Positions 41,760 through 52,150 of a DNA stretch of 64,000 nucleotides are shown here, one piece after another. This DNA is from an uncultured Planctomycetia bacterium (GTDB taxonomy: Bacteria > Omnitrophota > Gorgyraeia > CAYWPX01). The stretch covers positions 120,073 through 184,072 of the forward strand of contig CAYWPX010000001.1 of assembly GCA_964460615.1 (NCBI GenBank), in the 5' to 3' direction. The notes below the pieces were generated by a model. The model saw only the letters and a program-made list of their open reading frames with translations, was not told where the DNA came from and ran no database searches. The position numbers and the translations under genes are program-made. The stretch's first letter is position 1. The number at the start of each line of letters is the position of its first letter.

Positions 41760-42929
41760 ATGAAAAAAGTTGTTCTAGCATATTCAGGGGGCCTTGATAC
41801 TTCCTGTGCGGTAAAATGGCTGAAGGATAGAGATTATTTCGTTATCTGCTATATGGCTGATGTCGGTCAGGGCGGTAATTTTAATGAGATAAAAAAACGT
41901 GCTTTTGCCGCGGGCGCTGATAAGGTAGTGATAGAGAGTTTGCAAAAAGAGTTTGTAGAGGATTTTGCGTTCGTTTCTTTAAAAGCTGGGGCAGTATATG
42001 AATCCAAGTATTTTTTGGCGACTGCGCTTTCGAGGCCTCTTATAGGTAAAGGCTTAGTGAATGTTGCCAGAAAAGAAAAAGCTCAGGCGGTATCTCATGG
42101 ATGCACCGGGAAAGGTAATGACCAGGTAAGGATCGAGACGTCCGTCATGTCTTTGGGCGGGGACCTTGAGATAATTGCTCCCGTACGAGTGTGGGAATTT
42201 AAGACCAGAAATGAAGAGATAGATTATGCGAAAAAACAGAATATCCCGATAGATGTGACCAAAAAAAGCCCATATAGTTTAGATAAGAACCTATGGGGAG
42301 TCAGTATCGAGTGCGGTATCTTAGAAGACCCTATGGTGGAACCTCCTAAGGATGCCTATCAATGGACAAATGACCCCAAAGACGCTCCCAATAAAGAGAC
42401 TTATATTGAAGTTACTTTTGAAAAAGGCATACCTATTAAGGTCAATGGTAAATCGCTTGAACCGGTCCAGTTGGTTGAAAAGCTTAATGAGATCGGCGGG
42501 CTTAATGGTGTAGGCAGATGTGACCTCGTAGAGAACAGGCTTGTAGGAATAAAATCCAGAGAGATCTATGAAGCCCCGGCTGCATATATTCTTCACACGG
42601 CATACGAAGCATTGGAGAATCTGGTTTTAGACAGAGAGACTTTTCATTTTAAAAAGAGTTTATCTTTAAAATATGCCGAGATGGTTTATTTTGGCCTGTG
42701 GTTTACACCGCTAAAAAGCGCCTTGGACAAATTTTTTGATGAAGTTGCTAAAAAGATTAGCGGAACTACAAGGCTCAAGCTGTATAAAGGAACGTGTGCT
42801 ATCGTAGGCAGGACTTCACCGAATTCACTTTATAAAAAAGATCTTGCTACTTATGACGAAGGCGATAAGTTTGACCAGTCATTTGCCGAAGGTTTTATAA
42901 GGATATGGGGATTGCCGTATAAGAAATAG
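41760..42929 (+). CDS. argG: argininosuccinate synthase
   Basis: AYSGGLDTS PP-loop; start at ATG 41760 (track 41721). Confidence 0.9.
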   Translation: MKKVVLAYSGGLDTSCAVKWLKDRDYFVICYMADVGQGGNFNEIKKRAFAAGADKVVIESLQKEFVEDFAFVSLKAGAVYESKYFLATALSRPLIGKGLVNVARKEKAQAVSHGCTGKGNDQVRIETSVMSLGGDLEIIAPVRVWEFKTRNEEIDYAKKQNIPIDVTKKSPYSLDKNLWGVSIECGILEDPMVEPPKDAYQWTNDPKDAPNKETYIEVTFEKGIPIKVNGKSLEPVQLVEKLNEIGGLNGVGRCDLVENRLVGIKSREIYEAPAAYILHTAYEALENLVLDRETFHFKKSLSLKYAEMVYFGLWFTPLKSALDKFFDEVAKKISGTTRLKLYKGTCAIVGRTSPNSLYKKDLATYDEGDKFDQSFAEGFIRIWGLPYKK

Positions 42930-42957
42930 TTCATGGTTCATGGCTCATAGTTCATAG
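42928..42957 (+). repeat. heptad array (GTTCATG-type) overlapping the argG stop codon
   Basis: GTTCATG GTTCATG GCTCATA GTTCATA. Confidence 0.7.
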
Positions 42958-43009
42958 TTTAAAAGAACTGTGGCCAAGCGCCTGGAGCAAAACGCGGGAG
43001 AAAAAATTT

Positions 43010-44368
43010 ATGGCAAAAAAATTATGGGGTGGTAGATTCACCAAGCTTACAAGCCCTCTGGTAGAGGATTTTACCAGGTCTATCCAATTTGACAAGAAAC
43101 TTGCCCTGTATGACTGCGCCGGGTCTTTATTTTATATCGATGTCCTTAAAAAAGCCGGTGTCTTGACGGCTAAAGAACATAGAGCGCTATACCGCGGGCT
43201 TAATGATATTTTAACTGATATAAAATTTAATAAATTTAATGTTGACGAATCTTTTGAAGATATACACAGCTATATCCAGTATTTATTGGAAAAAAATGTA
43301 GGCAAGGTAGCGCTTAAGCTTCATACTGCCAGATCACGAAATGATCAGGTGCTTTTTGATGTAAAGCTTTATACGCTGGAGAATCTGGCTTTAACCAATA
43401 AACTGATCGTTAAACTCGGCAAGGCGGTAGTAAATCTTGCCATTAAAAATAAATCTGTTATCTGCCCCGGCTATACGCATATGCAGCATGCCATGCCGGT
43501 ATACCTTAGCGACCACCTGATGGCTTATAGTGAAATGCTTAAAAGGGATTTTGGCAGGCTAGACGCTATTTACAAAAATATCGTGCTTACAATGGGTTCG
43601 GGAGCCGTAGCGGGATCTTTTATAGAGGCCAAAAATTATGAAGGGGTTGTTGAGCTTTTTTTTGATGAGAAAGAATTCTCCGTCAAACCGTCAGTCAATT
43701 CTTTGGATACTGTAAGTGACAGGGATTTTGTCATAGAAGCGCTGAGTTCGCTTTCGATCTTAGGAATGCATCTATCCAGGTTGTCGGAAGATTTTATTTT
43801 ATGGTCGACAAAAGAGTTTGATTATATAGACATAGATGAGTCTTTCTGTACCGGCAGTTCTTTAATGCCTCATAAGAAGAATCCAGACGTGCTTGAACTA
43901 ACAAGGGGGTATGCCGGAAAATTGTACGGGAATCTGATGAGCGTGCTTACAATGATGAAGGGGCTTCCTCTAAGCTATAACCGCGATATGCAGCACGATA
44001 AAGAGCCGCTTTTTAGTTCGTTTGAGATAGTTCAGTCGGAATTGGGGGTATTCAGCGAGTTAATGGAAAACATAGAATTTAAAAAAGAGAATCTGAAAAA
44101 AGCACTGAATAACGAATTTTTATATGCTACTGACTTAGTCGATTATCTGGTAAAAAAAGACGTCGCCTTTAAGGATGCGCATGATATTATTGGAAAGCTT
44201 ATAAGTTTTGTGGCGGGTAAGAAGTTTTCCATAAAAGACCTCAGCGATGCAAAACTTAAAGAATTTTCCAAAAAATTGGAAAAAAAGGAAGTGGTTAAAT
44301 TGCTCGATCCCGAAGTTTCCATCGAGTCAAAAAGATCCGTAAGAAGAAAGACATTGACGGTTAAATAG
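43010..44368 (+). CDS. argH: argininosuccinate lyase
   Basis: GSSLMPHKKNPD fumarate-lyase signature; 452 aa. Confidence 0.9.
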   Translation: MAKKLWGGRFTKLTSPLVEDFTRSIQFDKKLALYDCAGSLFYIDVLKKAGVLTAKEHRALYRGLNDILTDIKFNKFNVDESFEDIHSYIQYLLEKNVGKVALKLHTARSRNDQVLFDVKLYTLENLALTNKLIVKLGKAVVNLAIKNKSVICPGYTHMQHAMPVYLSDHLMAYSEMLKRDFGRLDAIYKNIVLTMGSGAVAGSFIEAKNYEGVVELFFDEKEFSVKPSVNSLDTVSDRDFVIEALSSLSILGMHLSRLSEDFILWSTKEFDYIDIDESFCTGSSLMPHKKNPDVLELTRGYAGKLYGNLMSVLTMMKGLPLSYNRDMQHDKEPLFSSFEIVQSELGVFSELMENIEFKKENLKKALNNEFLYATDLVDYLVKKDVAFKDAHDIIGKLISFVAGKKFSIKDLSDAKLKEFSKKLEKKEVVKLLDPEVSIESKRSVRRKTLTVK

Positions 44369-44369
44369 T

Positions 44370-45638
44370 ATGCACCAATTTCAATACAAAAACGGCGAGT
44401 TTTATGCTGAAGACGTAAGGATACAGGATGTAGCCAAGAAGGTCGGCACGCCTTTTTATCTCTATAGCTATAACACTCTGATCGATCACTACAAAAAACT
44501 TGAGAAGGCATTCGCTTCAGTTAAGCCTCTTATCTGTTATTCTGCCAAAGCAAATTCCAGCCTTGCTATCTTAAGCGCATTGGTTAAGGCCGGTTCAGGT
44601 ATTGACATAGTTTCCGGAGGTGAGCTGGAAGCCAGCCGTATGGTAGGTGTAGACCCGAAAAAAGTTGTATATGCCAGTGTCGGTAAAAGAAAAGACGAGA
44701 TAAAAGAAGCTATTAAGATGGGAATACTTCTTTTTAATGTTGAGTCGCTGCCTGAACTTGAGGTTATCAATAGTATTGCGGAGAGCTTAAGAGTAAAACA
44801 AAAAGTTTCGATAAGGATCAATCCCGATATTAAGGTTAATACTCATAAATATATCACTACAGGGGAAGCTATATATAAATTCGGGATCGATCTTGAAACT
44901 GCCAAAAATATTATCCATGACTCCGGACGCCTTAAGAATATTACTATCGCAGGGCTTCATATCCATATAGGTTCGCAATTAGTTGAATCTAAGCCATTTG
45001 TTGATGCTATTGCTAAGATCCTCGATTTTATCAAAAGTGAAAATTTGAAACTCGAGTATCTTAATATCGGCGGCGGATTAGGTATTATTTATGACAAGGA
45101 AAAACCCCAGACAGCAGATGAATTCGCAAAGAATGTTTTACCGCTTCTTAAATCATCTAAATTAAAGATCATCCTTGAGCCCGGGAGATTTATTGTAGGG
45201 AACAGCGGTGTTTTGGTTACAAAGATCCTCTACATTAAAGAAACGCCTCTAAAAAAATTTATTATTGTTGATGCCGGAATGAATGATCTGGCCAGGCCAA
45301 GCCTTTACGGAGCCCATCACAGCATAGTTACTGCCATAGAGAAGAATAACGCAGAGCAAACATCCGTAGATATCGTCGGGCCTATATGTGAAAGCGGTGA
45401 TTTCCTTGCCAAGGCGAGGCCTATGCCGCCTTTGGCGATGGGTGAATTATTGGTAGTTATGGGAGCAGGGGCATACGGATTTTCAATGTCCAGTAATTAT
45501 AATATGCGTCCAAAAGTGGCTGAGGTTATGGTAAATAAGGATGAATTCTTTTTAATAAGAAAAAGAGAGTCTGTCAGGGACCTCTTTAAAAACCAGATCA
45601 TTCCTGGCGGGTTCAAGCTAATCAAAGGTTTAATATGA
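44370..45638 (+). CDS. lysA: diaminopimelate decarboxylase
   Basis: Fold-III PLP decarboxylase motifs (YSAKAN, GGGLGI, CESGD). Confidence 0.9.
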   Translation: MHQFQYKNGEFYAEDVRIQDVAKKVGTPFYLYSYNTLIDHYKKLEKAFASVKPLICYSAKANSSLAILSALVKAGSGIDIVSGGELEASRMVGVDPKKVVYASVGKRKDEIKEAIKMGILLFNVESLPELEVINSIAESLRVKQKVSIRINPDIKVNTHKYITTGEAIYKFGIDLETAKNIIHDSGRLKNITIAGLHIHIGSQLVESKPFVDAIAKILDFIKSENLKLEYLNIGGGLGIIYDKEKPQTADEFAKNVLPLLKSSKLKIILEPGRFIVGNSGVLVTKILYIKETPLKKFIIVDAGMNDLARPSLYGAHHSIVTAIEKNNAEQTSVDIVGPICESGDFLAKARPMPPLAMGELLVVMGAGAYGFSMSSNYNMRPKVAEVMVNKDEFFLIRKRESVRDLFKNQIIPGGFKLIKGLI

Positions 45639-46471
45639 AAAAAACAAAAAGATGTTTTATGCTGGAGTTCACAAAGGCCGTAGCCAGCGGCAATGACTTT
45701 ATTGTTATTGACAATAGGTCAAAAAAAATCAGGCAGTCATTAACGCTTATAGCCAAGCGTCTCACAAAAGTAAAAGATTCTATCGGGGCGGACGGGATAC
45801 TTGTTTTAGAAAGATCTAAAACTAAGAATGTGGATTTTAAAATGAGGATCTTTAACCCGGATGGGTCTGAGGCCGATATGTGCGGGAACGGCCTCAGGTG
45901 CATAGCCATGTATGCTTTCAGAAATAAGATCGCTAAAGCTGATATGGTTATTGAGACTAAAGCAGGTATATTAAACGCAAATGTATTAAAGAATGGTTTT
46001 GTAAGGATCGGCATCTCCGAACCGAAATCTTTGAGAGTAAACTTCAACATCTCTATAGACGGTATCATCCATAAAGTAAGCTTCGTTAATACCGGCGTTC
46101 CGCATGCTGTGTATTTTGTTGAGGATATAGATTCTACAGACGTAAAGCATTTGGGCCAGAAGACGCGCTTTCATGAAGAGTTCAGGCCTTATGGTACAAA
46201 TGTTAACTTTATTGAAATAATCGATTCCAAAAATATTCTGGTTCGCACCTACGAAAGGGGCGTTGAGGACGAGACGCTTTCCTGCGGGACCGGATCCGTG
46301 GCTAGCAGTTTAGTAAGCGGGTTATTAAAAAACTGCATTTCCCCGATCTCTGTCCATACAAGGTCCAGGGAGATCTTAAAAGTTTATTTTAAAAAATCCG
46401 AAGGGATTGTTAGCGAAGTTTACCTTGAGGGAAAAGCTAATTTAGTGTATGACGGGAGGATATTTATATGA
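45635..46471 (+). CDS. dapF: diaminopimelate epimerase
   Basis: GNDFIVID, NPDGSEADMCGNG, CGTGS catalytic Cys motifs. Confidence 0.85.
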   Translation: MKKTKRCFMLEFTKAVASGNDFIVIDNRSKKIRQSLTLIAKRLTKVKDSIGADGILVLERSKTKNVDFKMRIFNPDGSEADMCGNGLRCIAMYAFRNKIAKADMVIETKAGILNANVLKNGFVRIGISEPKSLRVNFNISIDGIIHKVSFVNTGVPHAVYFVEDIDSTDVKHLGQKTRFHEEFRPYGTNVNFIEIIDSKNILVRTYERGVEDETLSCGTGSVASSLVSGLLKNCISPISVHTRSREILKVYFKKSEGIVSEVYLEGKANLVYDGRIFI

Positions 46472-47340
46472 ATTTGAAAGGGTCATTTGTCGCTCTGGCT
46501 ACGCCTTTTAATAAAGACGGGAAGCTGGACGAAAAAAAATATATTGAGCTGATAGAGTTTCAGATAAAAAACGGTACAGACGGTATTGTCCCATGCGGAT
46601 GCACAGGAGAGGCCGCTACTCTTAATCACGAAGAGCAGAAGCATATCATAAAGCTCGCTGTAGAGGTAATTAATAAAAGAGTCCATGTTATGGCAGGTAC
46701 CGGATCCAATAGTACGGAAGAAGCGATGGAGTTGACTGCTTACGCAAAAAAAGCCGGGGCAGACAGCGCTCTTTTGATAACACCGTATTACAATAAGCCA
46801 ACGCCTGAAGGGCAATTCAGGCACTATGAAAAAATTGCAAAAGGAGTGAATATTCCCATCGTCCTTTACAATGTTCCTTCGAGGACCGGAATCTCTATAC
46901 TTCCAGATACTGTAGCAAGGCTCAATAAAATTGATAATATTGTTGCGATCAAAGAAGCCAGCGGCAGCCTGGACCAGGTAAGCCAGATACTCTCATTATG
47001 CGATATTACTGTTTTAAGCGGGGATGATTCCCTTACGCTTCCGATGATGTCTGTAGGTGCAAAAGGAGTTGTATCTGTTGTGGCGAATATTGTCCCAAAG
47101 GATGTAGCGGACATGGTGGCCAAATTTTTAAAAGGAGACTTAGAGGGAGCTAAATCGCTTCACTATAAGCTTCTGCCTCTGGTAAAAGCCATGTTCATAG
47201 AGACAAATCCCATTTGCGTCAAGACGGCTATGGGTATGATGAACCTGATCGAACCTAATCTTAGGCTTCCATTATGCGAAATGCAGCCATCGAATGCCGC
47301 TAAGCTTAAGGAAGTAATGAAAAGCTATAAATTGATCTAA
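46468..47340 (+). CDS. dapA: 4-hydroxy-tetrahydrodipicolinate synthase
   Basis: ALATPF, GTTGE-like CGCTGE, YNVPSRTG, Schiff-base Lys in VAIKEASG. Confidence 0.9.
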   Translation: MNLKGSFVALATPFNKDGKLDEKKYIELIEFQIKNGTDGIVPCGCTGEAATLNHEEQKHIIKLAVEVINKRVHVMAGTGSNSTEEAMELTAYAKKAGADSALLITPYYNKPTPEGQFRHYEKIAKGVNIPIVLYNVPSRTGISILPDTVARLNKIDNIVAIKEASGSLDQVSQILSLCDITVLSGDDSLTLPMMSVGAKGVVSVVANIVPKDVADMVAKFLKGDLEGAKSLHYKLLPLVKAMFIETNPICVKTAMGMMNLIEPNLRLPLCEMQPSNAAKLKEVMKSYKLI

Positions 47341-47437
47341 GTTCATATATATTTTATGGATGGGGTCCTTCGCCCGGGATGTGTACTAGCCCGGGACATT
47401 AGGACTAAATATGCAGGTAAATTTGGAGGAATTAGAT

Positions 47438-48241
47438 ATGCTTAATATCGTGGTAACCGGATGTATGGGCAGGATGGGAAAGCGTATAATATCACTTGCC
47501 AATTTTGATAAAGAAGTTGAAATAGTTGGTGCCATCGAAGCTCCTAAGCATACCTTTTTGGGTAAAGATATAGGTGAAGTTCTTGGTTTGGGAGTTTTAG
47601 ACATTAATGTTACCGATAAGCTTGAAAAATCCCTAAAAAAAGCCGATGTAATAATTGAATTTACTAATCCTCAGACTACTCTCAATGATCTTGAAATAGC
47701 TAAGAAAAACCGTGTTGGTATTGTTATCGGAACAACTGGTATGAAAGAGGATGAGATTACAAAGATTAAAGACGCCGCCAAGAAGATCCCAATAGTATTT
47801 TCTCCGAATATGAGCCTTGGGGTTAATCTTTTGTTCGAATTGGTAGAAGAGTGCGTAAAAAGGTTGGGCAAAGATTATGATATAGAGATCATTGAGTCTC
47901 ATCATAGATTTAAAAAAGACGCACCAAGCGGAACTGCCAAAGAATTTGCTCAGATAATTGCTAATACCATGAAAAAAGATTTATCTAAAGTAGCAACGTA
48001 CGGAAGAAGCGGTATTGTTGGCGAAAGGCCTGAAAATGAGATCGGTATCCATGCGATCCGAGGCGGAGATATTGTCGGTGAGCACAATATAATGTTCTGT
48101 GGGATGGGCGAGAGGATAGAGCTTATTCATAGAGCGCATTCAAGGGATTCATTTGCCCAGGGCGCAATAAGGGCTGCAAAGTTTTTACAGAATAAGAAAT
48201 CAGGGCTTTTTACAATGAAGGATGTTTTAAAAGCGAGCTAG
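47438..48241 (+). CDS. dapB: 4-hydroxy-tetrahydrodipicolinate reductase
   Basis: VVTGCMGRMG NAD(P) motif, ESHHRFKKDAPSGTA; start at ATG 47438 after GGAGGA (track 47411). Confidence 0.85.
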   Translation: MLNIVVTGCMGRMGKRIISLANFDKEVEIVGAIEAPKHTFLGKDIGEVLGLGVLDINVTDKLEKSLKKADVIIEFTNPQTTLNDLEIAKKNRVGIVIGTTGMKEDEITKIKDAAKKIPIVFSPNMSLGVNLLFELVEECVKRLGKDYDIEIIESHHRFKKDAPSGTAKEFAQIIANTMKKDLSKVATYGRSGIVGERPENEIGIHAIRGGDIVGEHNIMFCGMGERIELIHRAHSRDSFAQGAIRAAKFLQNKKSGLFTMKDVLKAS

Positions 48242-48245
48242 ATTT

Positions 48246-48292
48246 AGCTCATAGTTCATAGCTCATAGCTGATGGCTGCGAGCTGAAAGCTT
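48246..48292 (+). repeat. heptad array pair between dapB and dapL
   Basis: AGCTCAT AGTTCAT AGCTCAT AGCTGAT GGCTGCG AGCTGAA AGCTT, ending 11 nt before ATG 48304. Confidence 0.7.
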
Positions 48293-48303
48293 AAGGGAAA
48301 AAC

Positions 48304-49470
48304 ATGTTCGAAAAATCAGATAGACTAAAGAAGCTACCACCTTATCTATTTGTTGAAATAGACAGGATGAAAAATAAGGCAAAGGCAGAAGGCAGGGATA
48401 TTATTGATCTCGGTATCGGAGACCCGGACCTTCCCACACCTGATTTTGTTATTGATGAATTGAATAAAGAATCCAAAGATCCAAGAAACCATAAATACGC
48501 TCTTGACGCGGGGCTTTTGGACCTGAGGGTTGCGATAAAGGACTGGTATAAGAAGCGATTCGAGGTTAAACTTAACGAAGCCAATGAGATCCTTCCCTTG
48601 ATAGGCTCTAAGGAAGGTATTGCGCATTTTCCTTTGGCTTTTATTAATCCGGGGGATGTATCTTTGGTTCCGGATCCATGTTATCCGCCTTATAAGGGCG
48701 GTACGATATTCGCCGGAGGGGAATTGCATATTATGCCTTTATTGGAAAAGAACGGTTTTTTGCCGGATCTTGGCGCAATAGATAAGGCAGTATTAAAAAA
48801 AGCTAAATTGATCTATGTAAACTATCCGAATAATCCTACCACGGCATGCGCTCCGGATAATTTTTATAAAGACCTTATTAAATTTGCAAAATCAAATAAC
48901 CTCATAGTGTTAAGCGATGCTGCGTATACTGAGATAAATTTCGACGGATATAAGCCGAAGAGTTTTCTGGAGTTTGACGGTGCTAAGGACGTGGGAATAG
49001 AGTTTCATTCGCTTTCGAAGACATGTAACATGACCGGGTGGAGGATCGGGTTTGCCTGCGGTAACGCAAGCCTTGTGGAGGGATTAGCGAAGGTAAAGTC
49101 CAATATCGATTCCGGAATTTTCACTGCGATACAGCGCGCAGGAATTGTTGCTTTAGTAAAATCTGAAGAGCATTTAAAGAAAGTAAATCCTATTTATCAG
49201 GGCAGGCGCGATGTTCTGGTAGATGGGTTAAATAGCATTACGGGGTGGAAAGTAAATAAGCCGAAATCAACTTTCTATGTATGGATGAAGGTTCCGAATG
49301 GTCATACATCTACAAGCCTTGCCAAATTTCTTTTAGAAAAGGTTGATATTATTGTTACTCCCGGCAATGGTTTCGGTGACAGCGGTGAAGGGTTTATCAG
49401 GTTCGCTCTTACGGTTTCTGAAGATAGGCTAAAAGAGGCAGTAGCAAGAATAAAAAAGGTCATAGGATAA
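48304..49470 (+). CDS. dapL: LL-diaminopimelate aminotransferase (DapL-type) or closely related class-I aminotransferase
   Basis: KLPPYLFVEI N-terminal motif, PLP-Lys in SLSKTCNMTGWR; context directly after dapB with no dapD/dapC/dapE in cluster. Confidence 0.7.
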   Translation: MFEKSDRLKKLPPYLFVEIDRMKNKAKAEGRDIIDLGIGDPDLPTPDFVIDELNKESKDPRNHKYALDAGLLDLRVAIKDWYKKRFEVKLNEANEILPLIGSKEGIAHFPLAFINPGDVSLVPDPCYPPYKGGTIFAGGELHIMPLLEKNGFLPDLGAIDKAVLKKAKLIYVNYPNNPTTACAPDNFYKDLIKFAKSNNLIVLSDAAYTEINFDGYKPKSFLEFDGAKDVGIEFHSLSKTCNMTGWRIGFACGNASLVEGLAKVKSNIDSGIFTAIQRAGIVALVKSEEHLKKVNPIYQGRRDVLVDGLNSITGWKVNKPKSTFYVWMKVPNGHTSTSLAKFLLEKVDIIVTPGNGFGDSGEGFIRFALTVSEDRLKEAVARIKKVIG

Positions 49471-49471
49471 T

Positions 49472-49939
49472 TTGACAATAGCATATTTAGGAATAGGTTC
49501 AAATCTCGGCGATAGAAAAAAGTTTATCGATAGCGCTATTACAAGGCTTTCTGAAACGCCTAAATTGACCGTATTAAGGGTCTCCAGTATATACGAGACA
49601 GAACCGGTAGGCGGTCCTAAAGGCCAGGAAAAATTTCTGAACGGCGTCATTGAGATAGATACTAGTCTTAAACCCAAAGAACTCTTTGATATTTGTAAGG
49701 TGATTGAAAAGGACCTTGGCAGGGTAAAAACTGAGATAGACGGACCGAGGACAGTGGATCTGGATATACTCATATTCAATAAACTGATCCTGAATGATCC
49801 AGATCTCGTGATCCCTCATCCGAGGATGCATCATAGGGAGTTTGTGCTGAAGGGCTTTGCAGAATTAAATGAACAATTAGTTCATCCGGTGCTAAATAGA
49901 AAGATTGTGGATTTGTATACTGATTTGGTTAAGTTCTGA
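49472..49939 (+). CDS. folK: 2-amino-4-hydroxy-6-hydroxymethyldihydropteridine diphosphokinase
   Basis: IAYLGIGSNLGDR, GPRTVDLDILIF, HPRMHHREFVL motifs; TTG start. Confidence 0.85.
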   Translation: MTIAYLGIGSNLGDRKKFIDSAITRLSETPKLTVLRVSSIYETEPVGGPKGQEKFLNGVIEIDTSLKPKELFDICKVIEKDLGRVKTEIDGPRTVDLDILIFNKLILNDPDLVIPHPRMHHREFVLKGFAELNEQLVHPVLNRKIVDLYTDLVKF

Positions 49940-49952
49940 ATTGGATTAAGAT

Positions 49953-50801
49953 ATGATAGTTGCAAAAAGCCCTAAATTAATGGCAAAACTTGCCAGCTCT
50001 TTTAAAAAAAAGAACCTCGTGGTCGGCTTAGTTCCGACGATGGGCGCTCTTCACTTGGGCCATATCAGTCTAATAAAAAAGGCTAAAAGCGAATGCGACA
50101 AGGTAGTGGTTAGTATATTTGTAAACCCTGTTCAGTTTGGCCCAAAAGAAGATTTTAATAAATACCCGAGAGTATTTGCCGGGGACAAAAAGTTATTGGA
50201 AGATAATGATGTGGACGTGGTTTTTTATCCGACACCCGGAAATATGTATCCGGATGGATATCTGACATATACTTATGTAGATAAGATGTCAAAAGCTCTC
50301 TGCGGAAAGACAAGGCCGATACATTTTAGGGGAGTAACAACCGTTGTTTTGAAATTATTCAATATCGTTAAGCCCGATATCGCATATTTCGGCCAGAAGG
50401 ATGCCCAGCAGCTTTTGATAGTTAAGAAAATGGTAAAGGACCTTGATCTCGATGTTATTGTCAGGGGATTGCCGACTGTCAGGGAAAAAGACGGCCTGGC
50501 TATGAGCTCCAGAAACAGATATTTAACCCAGAATGAACATATGGACGCTCTGGCAATAAACAGATCCTTAAAATTAGCAAAAGTCCTGGTTAAAAAGAAT
50601 ATCCGGGATGCTAAGTCGATAATCAATACACTTCGCCGTTATATTTTAAAAGAGGCGAAAAGCGCCAAAATAGATTATATCAGCATAGTTAATATGGATG
50701 ATCTCGAAGAGGTGAAGCGCTTAAAAGGTAAGGCGCTTTTGGCAATGGCAGTTTATATAGGGAAGACCAGATTGATCGATAATACAGTTTTGAATGCCTA
50801 A
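49953..50801 (+). CDS. panC: pantoate--beta-alanine ligase
   Basis: VPTMGALHLGHISLI HIGH-type motif. Confidence 0.9.
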   Translation: MIVAKSPKLMAKLASSFKKKNLVVGLVPTMGALHLGHISLIKKAKSECDKVVVSIFVNPVQFGPKEDFNKYPRVFAGDKKLLEDNDVDVVFYPTPGNMYPDGYLTYTYVDKMSKALCGKTRPIHFRGVTTVVLKLFNIVKPDIAYFGQKDAQQLLIVKKMVKDLDLDVIVRGLPTVREKDGLAMSSRNRYLTQNEHMDALAINRSLKLAKVLVKKNIRDAKSIINTLRRYILKEAKSAKIDYISIVNMDDLEEVKRLKGKALLAMAVYIGKTRLIDNTVLNA

Positions 50802-50815
50802 ATTGAAAGGAAAAT

Positions 50816-51175
50816 ATGTTAAGGATCGTATGTAAATCTAAAATTCATCTATGCCGCGTGACTAAGGCAAATATCAGATATATGGGATCAATTACTATTG
50901 ATGAGGCCCTTCTTGAGGCTTCAGATATATTGCCCAATGAAAGGGTCCAGATCGTAAATCTAAATAATGGTTCCAGGATCGAGACCTACGCCTTGAAGGG
51001 CAAAAGAAATTCTGGCGTCATCTGCATGAATGGCGGGGCGGCGTTGTGGGCGGATGTAGGGGATGAGCTTATTGTAATTGCCTATGGGCTTATGAATGAC
51101 GAAGAAGCCCGAAAAGGAAAACCAAAAGTAGTTTTTGTGGACAGTAAAAATAAGATCAAAAGGATAAAAAAATAG
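50816..51175 (+). CDS. panD: aspartate 1-decarboxylase
   Basis: KSKIHLCRVTKANIRYMGSITID with the Gly-Ser self-processing site. Confidence 0.9.
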   Translation: MLRIVCKSKIHLCRVTKANIRYMGSITIDEALLEASDILPNERVQIVNLNNGSRIETYALKGKRNSGVICMNGGAALWADVGDELIVIAYGLMNDEEARKGKPKVVFVDSKNKIKRIKK

Positions 51176-52150
51176 ATGCATTATAAAGAGATCGACGATA
51201 AGGCGTATAATGAGGATCTGAAAAAGAAGATCCTTAAATTGAAGAAAGAAAAGAACGCCGTTATAATAGTGCACAATTACCAGAGAGATGAGGTTCAGGA
51301 TATCGCTGATATCAGCGGGGATTCTCTTGCGCTAAGCCAGGCAGCTGTTAGAACAAGCGCCAAACTCATAGTATTCTGCGGAGTTCATTTTATGGCGGAG
51401 AGTGCGTCAATATTAAATCCCGGAAAGACTGTTTTGTTGCCGGTTAAAGAAGCAGGGTGTCCCATGGCTGACATGGTGACAGTAGAAAAACTTAGGCAGA
51501 AAAAACTAGAGCATCCGGATGCTGCTGTTGTCTGCTATGTGAATTCATCTGCAAAGATAAAATCCGAAAGCTATATCTGCTGTACCTCCAGTAACGCAGT
51601 TGAAGTAGTGAGGTCCCTCAAAGATTTCAAAAAAATAATTTTCGTTCCGGATAAAAACCTCGGCCGTTACGTGCAGTCACAATTACCCAATAAAGAGATC
51701 ATTCTCTGGGAAGGCTTTTGTTCCACACATATAAGGGTCCAGGAAGAGGATGTAATAGAGGCTAAAAAAGCCCATCCAAAAGCCAAGTTTGTAGCTCATC
51801 CGGAATGCATGCCTGAAGTATTGGCTTTGGCCGATGAGGTGCTCAGCACCGGAGGAATGTTTGCGTATGTTAAAAAGTCTGATGCTAAAGAATTTATTAT
51901 TGGCACGGAAAGCGGCATGCTCTACAAGCTAAAGAAAGAAAATCCCGATAAGATCTTCTATCTGCCCACAGAGCATCTAATATGCCCAAGCATGAAGCTT
52001 ACTACGCTTGGCTGGGTAGCGCATTCTTTGGAAAAGAATCTTTATGAGGTAAAGGTGCCTGAGGATATCAGGCTAAAAGCCGAAATAGCCCTAAACAGAA
52101 TGCTGGAAGTTTCAAAGGAAAAGAGCGGGTCTATACTTGTTGGATACTAA
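51176..52150 (+). CDS. nadA: quinolinate synthase
   Basis: IIVHNYQ, conserved Cys residues for the 4Fe-4S cluster. Confidence 0.9.
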   Translation: MHYKEIDDKAYNEDLKKKILKLKKEKNAVIIVHNYQRDEVQDIADISGDSLALSQAAVRTSAKLIVFCGVHFMAESASILNPGKTVLLPVKEAGCPMADMVTVEKLRQKKLEHPDAAVVCYVNSSAKIKSESYICCTSSNAVEVVRSLKDFKKIIFVPDKNLGRYVQSQLPNKEIILWEGFCSTHIRVQEEDVIEAKKAHPKAKFVAHPECMPEVLALADEVLSTGGMFAYVKKSDAKEFIIGTESGMLYKLKKENPDKIFYLPTEHLICPSMKLTTLGWVAHSLEKNLYEVKVPEDIRLKAEIALNRMLEVSKEKSGSILVGY

